A stretch of DNA of 63,519 bases, the filler included, from Octopus bimaculoides (taxonomy: Eukaryota): assembly GCF_001194135.2 (NCBI RefSeq). It is 9 parts of 8 records of this genome, joined end to end, with 100 filler letters (N's around TTAATTAATTAA, not from the genome) between each part and the next. Parts side by side here need not be neighbours in the genome. Positions count along the whole stretch, not along the records: positions 50,091 to 56,665 come from NC_068995.1; positions 56,766 to 58,995 come from NW_026418711.1; positions 59,096 to 61,024 come from NW_026437190.1; positions 61,125 to 62,277 come from NC_068986.1; positions 62,378 to 63,519 come from NC_069003.1; 4 more parts are not named here. One strand, written 5' to 3'. The notes under the pieces were generated by a model. That model made no database searches, was not told the DNA's origin, and saw nothing but the letters and a program-made list of their open reading frames with translations. Positions 53,908 through 63,519 of the stretch are shown piece by piece. Both the position numbers and the translations under genes were made by a program. Positions within the stretch are counted from its first letter, which is position 1. Each line of letters starts with the position of its first letter.

Positions 53908-54124
53908 CATACGTGCATGTATGTGTTATAGGTATGCATACACACATATATATATTTTTGTGCGTGTATTTATATATATGTCTGTAAGTATGTATGTATA
54001 TATATAGATATATAGATATGTTTATTGGTGCATGTATGTGTATATATATGATATATATGTAGGTATGTATACATACATATATATATATTTGTGTGCGTAT
54101 ATATATATTCATAAATGAGTACAC

Positions 54125-54165
<41 letters not shown>

Positions 54166-55895
54166 TATACATATATATGTATATATGTAGCGTGAGGGTG
54201 GGAGAGAGGGGGAGAGGAAACGTTGAAAATCAATGTCATCTTTAGCTTTTGAATAATGGATTTAATATTTTGATAGAAACTCTGAAGAAGAATTCTATAA
54301 CATTCATTTATTATCTTCGGCACAAGAATCTCTCAAATGCTTTAATCACGAACACATACGTTGTCCTCTCTTTAGCAGGACACAACACGTTTGATGTTTT
54401 TATGTTGAGATTCATAGTTAAATACCAGATATTTTAGGTGACTACAAGCAGTGGTTGATGTTGCAGTTGTTGATCGTAGTGTGGGTGGTAGCGGAGGCTT
54501 GTGTTTGGTTGTAGTGGTGGTGGCATTGGCGGCCGCGTTGCTGGTGGCGCTGCTGGTGCTGGCGGTGTGCTGGTGGTGGTGGTGGTGGTGGTGTTGCTGC
54601 GGATAGTCGTGATGGTGGTTGTTGTAGCNNNNNNNNNNNNNNNNNNNNNNNNNNNNNNNNNNNNNNNNNNNNNNNNNNNNNNNNNNNNNNNNNNNNNNNN
54701 NNNNNNNNNNNNNNNNNNNNNNNNNNNNNNNNNNNNNNNNNNNNNNNNNNNNNNNNNNNNNNNNNNNNNNNNNNNNNNNNNNNNNNNNNNNNNNNNNNNN
54801 NNNNNNNNNNNNNNNNNNNNNNNNNNNNNNNNNNNNNNNNNNNNNNNNNNNNNNNNNNNNNNNNNNNNNNNNNNNNNNNNNNNNNNNNNNNNNNNNNNNN
54901 NNNNNNNNNNNNNNNNNNNNNNNNNNNNNNNNNNNNNNNNNNNNNNNNNNNNNNNNNNNNNNNNNNNNNNNNNNNNNNNNNNNNNNNNNNNNNNNNNNNN
55001 NNNNNNNNNNNNNNNNNNNNNNNNNNNNNNNNNNNNNNNNNNNNNNNNNNNNNNNNNNNNNNNNNNNNNNNNNNNNNNNNNNNNNNNNNNNNNNNNNNNN
55101 NNNNNNNNNNNNNNNNNNNNNNNNNNNNNNNNNNNNNNNNNNNNNNNNNNNNNNNNNNNNNNNNNNNNNNNNNNNNNNNNNNNNNNNNNNNNNNNNNNNN
55201 NNNNNNNNNNNNNNNNNNNNNNNNNNNNNNNNNNNNNNNNNNNNNNNNNNNNNNNNNNNNNNNNNNNNNNNNNNNNNNNNNNNNNNNNNNNNNNNNNNNN
55301 NNNNNNNNNNNNNNNNNNNNNNNNNNNNNNNNNNNNNNNNNNNNAGTAGTCGTGGTTGTCCTTGTAATGATGGTGGTGGTGGTGGTGGCGGCGGTGGCTA
55401 TGGTATTTATGGTTGTGGTGGTGTTGTGTTTTTATTGTTGTTGTTGTTGTTGGTTGCGGTGGTGGAGCAGGTGATCGAGGTCTTTGTCTTCCTGTTGGTG
55501 TTGTTGCCGGTATCGGTGGTAGTGGCGATGTTTGCAGTGGTGGTGGTGTCCATGGTGACAGCTGGGGGGTGCTGGATGTAGTAGTATTAGATGGTGCTAG
55601 TAGTGATGGCGGTGGTATAGTTGACGCTGGAGATGGTTCTAATGAAGGTGGTTGTGTTGGGGATGGTGGCGTGCGTTTTGTTCAGGTGCAGGTCAGAAAT
55701 TCATTGATGAATAGACATATTCCTAAAATCCATTCCACACGTGCCCATCAAGTCAGTTTATTACTAAGCAGGACAGTGTTTATAGATTTGTCCTTCCGTT
55801 AGATATAAAGCAGACAGGGACTTTAAGACTTCGGCGTGGCTTGTAAGCATTTGATGTATCTACTGCTACTAATAGTGGTGGCGATAGTAGTAGTG

Positions 55896-55959
<64 letters not shown>

Positions 55960-56111
55960 GAATAGCAGCAGCAGCTGCAGCAGTAGTAGTAGTAGTCGTA
56001 GTAGCAGCAGCAGCAGCAATAGTAGTAGTGGTAGTAGTAATATTATTATTAGTAGTAGTAATTTGACTTTATTTACATAAGTATCTTTTGGCACACACAC
56101 ACACAGACACA

Positions 56112-56142
<31 letters not shown>

Positions 56143-57103
56143 GCGCACACAGACATATATATATATAAAGCCTGGCTGGTAATCCGACCTTCCGAGATTC
56201 TTTACAGGGCTTAGAAAACTTGAAGGTCCGCTGCAATAAGTGTGTGTATCTGAGAGGGGGTATATATTTAATGAGGTCATAATTAACTGATCCTTCTGTA
56301 TTTTCTTTTACCCAAATCTAGAACCCGCGACCCGGTCATGACAAAATTTCGTGCAGCACGAAGTTTTGTCAGTGAACAGATAGATCGATAGATAGATAGA
56401 AAAATAGGAAATATAGATAGACGCTTGCGTTTATGTATGTATAGTTGCTTGTGTACGTGTTTGTGCGTTTGCTTAATATGGATGTGCTTGCATACATGTA
56501 TTTAGTCAATAAGTTCAGTTGTCTAAAACTAGATGACTCTAGTAAGTTATGGTTTTATATTGCAGTGAATTGTATTCATCCGTAATATACTAGCGACAGC
56601 ACTGTTGTTCGTAATGGTACCATTAAACAATATTTATGTTTATGTGATATATATATATATATATANNNNNNNNNNNNNNNNNNNNNNNNNNNNNNNNNNN
56701 NNNNNNNNNTTAATTAATTAANNNNNNNNNNNNNNNNNNNNNNNNNNNNNNNNNNNNNNNNNNNNAATAACGACAAAAACAACAACAACAACAATAATAA
56801 TAATAATAATAATAACAACATCAATAATAATAATGATAATAATAATAATAACGACAACAACAATAATAATAATAATAATGATGATGGTTTCAAAATTTTG
56901 GCTCGAGGCCAACATTATCAGGGGAGGGCACAGGTCGATTACATTGACCCCACTGCTCAATTGATACTTAATTCATCGATCTCGATTGGATGAAAGGCAA
57001 AGTCACCTTCAGAGGAATTTGAACTCAGAGCATAAAGACTGACAAAATGTCACAAAGCATTTTGTCCGGCGTGCTAACGCTTCTGCCAGTTCCCCGCCTT
57101 CGC

Positions 57104-57212
<109 letters not shown>

Positions 57213-57721
57213 NNNNNNNNNNNNNNNNNNNNNNNNNNNNNNNNNNNNNNNNNNNNNNNNNNNNNNNNNNNNNNNNNNNNNNNNNNNNNNNNNNNNNNNN
57301 NNNNNNNNNNNNNNNNNNNNNNNNNNNNNNNNNNNNNNNNNNNNNNNNNNNNNNNNNNNNNNNNNNNNNNNNNNNNNNNNNNNNNNNNNNNNNNNNNNNN
57401 NNNNNNNNNNNNNNNNNNNNNNNNNNNNNNNNNNNNNNNNNNNNNNNNNNNNNNNNNNNNNNNNNNNNNNNNNNNNNNNNNNNNNNNNNNNNNNNNNNNN
57501 NNNNNNNNNNNNNNACATCTCGTGTGTCCTTTCTATATTAACCAAAATGAAGTAGATTGACAAATTTATTTTTTGAACCAGTTGAAGACACACGAGATGT
57601 CGAAATATCGTTCACCAGATAACAAATGGCACTCTTCTTTTAATTTTGACTCTATATCTTCAGGAGGAGTTACCTCAATCCTTTCTATATTAACCAAAAT
57701 GAAGTAGATTGACAAATTTAT

Positions 57722-57759
<38 letters not shown>

Positions 57760-59470
57760 CCTTTCTACTATAGGCATAAGGCCTGAAATTTAAGGAGGGT
57801 GGGTGCTAGTCGATAACATTGACCCCAGTACTTGCCTAGTACTTATTTTATCAATCCTAAAGAGATGGAAGGCAAGGTCAACCACAGCGGAATTTGAACT
57901 CAGAACGTAAAGACAGACGAAATACCGCTAAGCATTTTCTCTGCGAGGGGAAGAAAGCAAAGGAATGAATGAGTAAAAAATTGTTTGTAATATAGAAACA
58001 AGGCATGGAATTTAGGAAAAGAGTGCTAGTTGGTTGGTACTTTATTTTATCGACCCTGCAGGGATGATAGTCAATGTTGACCTCAGCAAGAATTGATCTC
58101 TGAGCACAAAGAGCTGGGACAAATACCGGTGAGTTGGCAGAAACGTTAGCGCGTCGGGCGAAATGCTTAGCGGTATACGTCTGTCTTTACGTTCTGAGTT
58201 CAAATTCCGCCGAGGTCGACTTTGCTTTTCATCCTTTCGGGGTCGATAAATTAAGTGCCAGTTGCGTACTGAGGTCGATCTAATCGACTGACCCCCCCAC
58301 CTAAACCTCTCGGGCTGTGCGCCTAGAGTCGAAAAGAAATGCCACAATGACTGCGTTTTCCCGGTTTAAGTAAACATTAAAACTAAAAGTTAAAATAGAA
58401 ATACAAAATAAACATGACGTGACACCAAACAATAAAGAAATATAAAAATTGAGTTTCTCCTCTAAGTGCTGGTTATCCGTCAGTGGCGACGATGAGCCAA
58501 CGGCATTCCTACTTCTGTGATTAACGTGAAAGTAGACGAGGGTTCGCAGTGCTGAACGTAGTAAGACTTCTCAGATTGAATTATTATGATTCACTGAGAC
58601 AAGGCTGCGACGTTAGAATTACTGGTATCATCTAAGGAGGAAAAGATTCGACCCTCACTGTAGCACTGGTATCATAAATTATCGACACCCACAGCAACAA
58701 CAATAACGACAAACACAATAGCAGGAATAAAAACAACAACGCCAGCATTAACAACAACAACAACAGTAGTGGTTGGGGTGTTGGTTGTGGCGATGGTATT
58801 AATGGTGGTTGCGTTTGTGACTGTGATGGTGGTAGTAGTGGTGGAGTTGGTGGAGGAGGTGGTGATGCAGGTGGTGGTGGTAGTAGTAGTAGTGGAGGTA
58901 ATGGTTGTGGTGTTGGTGGTAATGGTAGTAGTGGTTGTGGTAGTGGAGGTGATGGTAGTGGTAATGGTGGAGCTGATGGTTGTGGTGGTGTTGGTNNNNN
59001 NNNNNNNNNNNNNNNNNNNNNNNNNNNNNNNNNNNNNNNTTAATTAATTAANNNNNNNNNNNNNNNNNNNNNNNNNNNNNNNNNNNNNNNNNNNNCACAC
59101 ACACTCACATATATATACATATATATACAAACATACATATATATACATATATATACGCATATATCTGATTCTCCCAGTCTGGCTTTGTAGTTTTGTACGT
59201 CTTTCTCTACGAGTATATTTTCCTGTATCTAAACCTGGATATATGTGGCTATGCGTATATACGTATGTGTATGCCTAAAGCTGTGTCCATAGTTGTGTGT
59301 GTATGCATGTATAAGCCTATATGTGTCCGTCTGGTTTGTTTTGTTTTGCGTATGTAGTCCATTACGATTGTATGTTTATGCCTGTGTGCGAGCACCCATG
59401 TGTATATGTATATACACATGGCTTCCTGTCTTTCGCTTCGAGTCAGTGTTTGCGTATTTTTAGCTGCATG

Positions 59471-60683
59471 TACAGTAATGCCACGATATATGAGCTGATC
59501 TGTTTCTGGAGGTCGTTCGTAAAGCGAAAACTCGTAAAACAGAACGATAATTTCCCATAGCAGCAATGTTATAAATTGTCATTCGTTTCCAGAAACATAT
59601 TTTACCTATAAAATTTATAATAATCGTCAATAAATGACAATGAAACAACAGTAGACTGTAAAGAATATTTTATATAAAGTAAAAAGAATGTAAAGATCAT
59701 TTATAGCAGAAAATATTATTATAATCGTTTTCTAAATCACTTAAACTAGACTCGCGCACACCATCACTTGTAGACGCGATCGCCGATTCACAAGCACTCG
59801 TAGACGGACTTGTAGATTTCTTTAAAAGAAAAACAAGTTTAGATGTGTTCGCGTAGAAGCTTTTTTCGCTCCCTATAAATTTCTCGGTAACACACAGTAA
59901 CATTTGTTATGGTAGCGGCGAGCTGGCAGAAACGTTAGCACGCCGGGCGAAATGCTTAGCGGTATTTCGTCTGCCACTGCGTTCTGAGTTCAAATTCCGC
60001 CGAGGTCGACTTTGCCCTTCATCCTTTCGGGGTCGATAAATTAAGTACCAGTTACGCACTGGGGTCGATATAATCGACTTAATCCGTTTGTCTGTCCTTG
60101 TTTGTCCCCTCTGTGTGTAGCCCCTTGTGGGCAGTAAAGAAATAGGTATTTCGTCTGCCGTTACGTTCTGAGTTCAAATTCCGCCGAGGTCGACTTTGCC
60201 TTTCGTCCTTTCGGGATAGACAAATTAAGTACCAGTTACGNNNNNNNNNNAGGTCGACTTTGCCCTTCATCCTTTCGGGGTCGATAAATTAAGTACCAGT
60301 TACGCACTGGGGTCGATATAATCGACTTAATCCGTTTGTCTGTCCTTGTTTGTCCCCTCTGTGTGTAGCCCCTTGTGGGCAGTAAAGAAATAGGTATTTC
60401 GTCTGCCGTTACGTTCTGAGTTCAAATTCCGCCGAGGTCGACTTTGCCTTTCGTCCTTTCGGGATAGACAAATTAAGTACCAGTTACGCACTGGGGTCGA
60501 TGCAATCGACTTAATCCATTTGTCTGTCCTTCTTTGTCCCCTCTATGTTTAGCCCCTTGTGGGCAATAAAGAAATATGAAAGGTTAGCGCTTCTTTCAAA
60601 ATTCGTTTCTTGAGCTTGATGAATAAAACTCGTAAACCCGATGTCTCGTAAAGCGTGTCCTCGTAAAGCAAGGTATTACTGTA
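59471..60683. mobile_element. pogo/Tigger-like non-autonomous DNA element carrying a family A SINE insertion (about 59925-60575)
   Basis: Left end TACAGTAATGCCACGATATATGAG and right end CTCGTAAAGCAAGGTATTACTGTA are imperfect inverted repeats with terminal TA. Subterminal TCGTAAA repeats occur on both sides. Confidence 0.65.
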
Positions 60684-61124
60684 TGTATATACGTATGCGT
60701 ATGTGTCTGTATATCTGTCCCTCTCTAACTGTATGTTTGTAACTGAATGTGTGAATATATATGTCTTTCTGTCAGTGTATGTTTGTGTCTCTATAACTTA
60801 TGTATGTACATGTAAGTGTATACGTGTTTCTCTATATCTATCTATGTCGACCTATGAACATATACGTATGCTTGTATGAGTATTCGTTTGTGTCTTTCTA
60901 TCATCTTCTTTGAGTTTGTGCCTGTATGCCTATAGCCGTATGTATACTCGCATGCGTATATGCGAATATGTTTCTGATAGTTATCTCCCCCTGTGTCTAC
61001 GGGTGAGTAAGTGTACATATGCACNNNNNNNNNNNNNNNNNNNNNNNNNNNNNNNNNNNNNNNNNNNNTTAATTAATTAANNNNNNNNNNNNNNNNNNNN
61101 NNNNNNNNNNNNNNNNNNNNNNNN

Positions 61125-61179
<55 letters not shown>

Positions 61180-61296
61180 ACATATACATAAATTCACATG
61201 TGTGTGTGAGACTGATATGCACACACACACACACACACATTAATATATATATACATATACATATATATTTTTTTTCTGTATGCTTATATATATTTA

Positions 61297-61367
<71 letters not shown>

Positions 61368-61464
61368 AAATATATATATACATATACAATATATATATAT
61401 ATATACATACATGAATTTATATATACATATATATGTGTATATATATATATATATATACATATAT

Positions 61465-61498
<34 letters not shown>

Positions 61499-61554
61499 GG
61501 TATACATACACACATACATATATTCGTACGTACGTACGGACATACAAACGTAGA

Positions 61555-61588
<34 letters not shown>

Positions 61589-62073
61589 CGTACGTACGTA
61601 CGTACGTACATACATACGTACGTACATACATACATACATACATACATACGTACGTACGTACATACGTACGTACATACATACACACATACATACGTACGTA
61701 CGTACGTACGTACGTACGTACGTACATGCATACATACATACATACATACGTTCGTATGTACATATACACACTGGTGCTAACGCTGGCAGTTATGTTGGGG
61801 GTAAAATCGTAACATTTTCACCCCCACGCCACTCCCCCACTAGAGGTGATGGGAATGATGTTAGTGGTGATGGAGGTGTGGATAGAGAGAGAAAGAGGGA
61901 AAGAGACAAAGAGAAAAAGAGATAGAAAGAGAGAGAGACCAGCAAATTTTTGCTGGTTTACAAGTTTTATTACTCATTTTGCGGAGATGTTTATCAGTGC
62001 TCTTGTAGATTCCGCGTGGATGATGCTGATAACGGTGACGATGTTGTCATTGATGATGATGATGATGATGATA

Positions 62074-62142
<69 letters not shown>

Positions 62143-62688
62143 GTGATGGTGGTGATGGTGATGATGGTGATGATGATGATAATGATAATGATGATGAGGA
62201 GGAGGAAGAGGAGGAAGACGACGACGACGACGACGATGATGATGATGATGATGGGGGAGGGTACTGGTGGTGGTGGTNNNNNNNNNNNNNNNNNNNNNNN
62301 NNNNNNNNNNNNNNNNNNNNNTTAATTAATTAANNNNNNNNNNNNNNNNNNNNNNNNNNNNNNNNNNNNNNNNNNNNGGATAAATCAATTACATCGACTC
62401 GAGAATTCAGTTGGTAGTTACTTTGACGACGCCGAATGGATGAAAGCAATATGAAACCAGGACATAATTAGAATTGAAAAGGTTAAAACAGACGAAATAC
62501 CGTTAAGCATTTCGCTCGGTGTGCTGACGATACTGCCAGCTCGGTGCCATACCATCATTCATATCTTATTAAAAAGGGAATACATGTTTGGTTTTACTTC
62601 AGTTGCATTCTTCCCGAGGGTGTAATTTCGAGATTTGTCTTTGTAAGGGGACAACGAAAGAAAACGGAATTTTTACTATTCAAGTTTT

Positions 62689-62736
<48 letters not shown>

Positions 62737-62928
62737 NNNNNNNNNNTCCGAGTAATCTACTCAGCGTTCCCAAATCAACAGCAATCCCAAACGGCCATTT
62801 ATAAAATTCCCTTCGCTATGAAATATTTGGAGGGTGTTGTTTTTTTATTATTATATTGTGTTATTAAAATCGGGAGAAGCAGAAAAAGTGCTGGACAATC
62901 GGGTAGAAGAGGCCAAAGACAAACTTAC

Positions 62929-63165
62929 GTCCAAATACTACAGGATTCGGAGGTTCAATTACTACAGGATTCGGAAGTTCAAATACTGCAGGATTCGGAG
63001 GTTCAATTACTACAGGATTCGGAAGTTCAAATATTGCAGGATTCGGAGGCTGGGAGTCACACACCTTACAAGATTTCTTACAGTTAGTATACATGTAGTT
63101 ATGGTCCTTTCCACATTCTCCGATGCCGGCCCAATAAGGACACTGTTCGTTTTGATCAAGACAAT
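62929..63165 (-). CDS. Internal exon encoding an ShK (ShKT) domain plus a Pro-rich repeat linker
   Basis: Acceptor GATTTCAG|AT and donor GGAC|GTAAGT; 237 bp, phase 1-1. Translates CLDQNEQCPYWAGIGECGKDHNYMYTNCKKSCKVC followed by (PPNPAIFE/LPNPVVIE)-type repeats. Confidence 0.9.
62930..63049. repeat. 24-bp tandem repeat x5 with an alternating 48-bp period, inside the ShK exon
   Basis: TTCAAATACTRCAGGATTCGGAGG alternating with TTCAATTACTACAGGATTCGGAAG. Confidence 0.92.
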
Positions 63166-63289
63166 CTGAAATCGTTCACAACAACAACAGCCATGACAAT
63201 AATTCTGATAACAACAACAACAAAAACAACAACAACAAGAATAATAATGATAAATGCACTGATGCGATACCAACATTGAGTCATACTTT

Positions 63290-63505
63290 TCTTTCCTACT
63301 GTAGGCAGAAGGCGCGAAAGTTTTGGAGAGGCGCCCAGTGGATTAGATCGACGCCAGAACGCAACTGGGACTTAATTTATCGGCCCGGAAAGGATGAAAG
63401 GCAAAGTCGACCTCAACAGAGTTTGAACTCAGAGCGGGAAGACAGACGAAATACCGCTAAGCATTTCATCCGGCGTGCTAACGTTTCTGCCAGTTCGCCG
63501 CCTTA
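63290..63505 (-). mobile_element. SINE family A copy
   Basis: Colinear with 3370-3602. Other copies lie near 34460, 40330, 41385, 41605, 42340, 56890, 57760, 58130 and 62380. Confidence 0.85.
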
Positions 63506-63519
63506 ACGTTCAGACATCT

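Noticed and set aside
58591-58631. Possible terminal exon of the ShK gene (CCTTAG|AT GAT ACC...CAG TGA, phase-compatible)
   Set aside because: Three synthetic linkers separate it from the ShK exon, and the peptide is short and uninformative.
59697-59903. 68-aa Ser-rich ORF
   Set aside because: It lies inside the Tigger-like element and has no consistent splice phase or domain.
60003-60488. Triple tandem SINE array
   Set aside because: 60003-60240 and 60251-60488 are identical on either side of a 10-N gap, which is typical of an unmerged contig overlap. At most a two-unit array is real.
62930-63049. CRISPR-like regular repeat
   Set aside because: The units are contiguous with no unique spacers, the context is eukaryotic, and the repeat lies in a coding exon.
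62907-63102. Plus-strand frame reading as nucleoporin-like FG repeats (TTGFGGSITTGFGS)
   Set aside because: No start codon or good splice sites; it is the antisense shadow of the ShK exon repeat.

Overview
This is AT-rich, microsatellite-dense animal genomic DNA. The SINE families and repeat landscape point to an octopus (inference). Eight artificial TTAATTAATTAA linkers inside N-gaps split the window into separate scaffolds, so adjacency across them is unverified. The first scaffold (1-16288) holds a complete two-exon Toll-like receptor gene on the minus strand (exons 8020-5778 and 3120-2886; 825 aa with signal peptide, LRRs, LRRCT, TM and TIR). Its only coding-region intron interrupts the TIR domain and carries a decayed endogenous parvoviral (densovirus-like) capsid gene in antisense orientation. 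That capsid gene retains an NLS, a VP1-unique PLA2 motif and an upstream CRE/YY1/TATA promoter-like module, and it is the most interesting element in the window. Other items: a clean ShK-domain exon with a Pro-rich 24-bp repeat linker (63165-62929), a decayed LRR fragment, a decayed Ig-like fragment, two Penelope-like retroelement remnants, several minimal hammerhead ribozyme motifs, mariner/Tc1 and RTE relics, nested MITEs, a telomere-like palindrome and many tRNA-derived SINEs.
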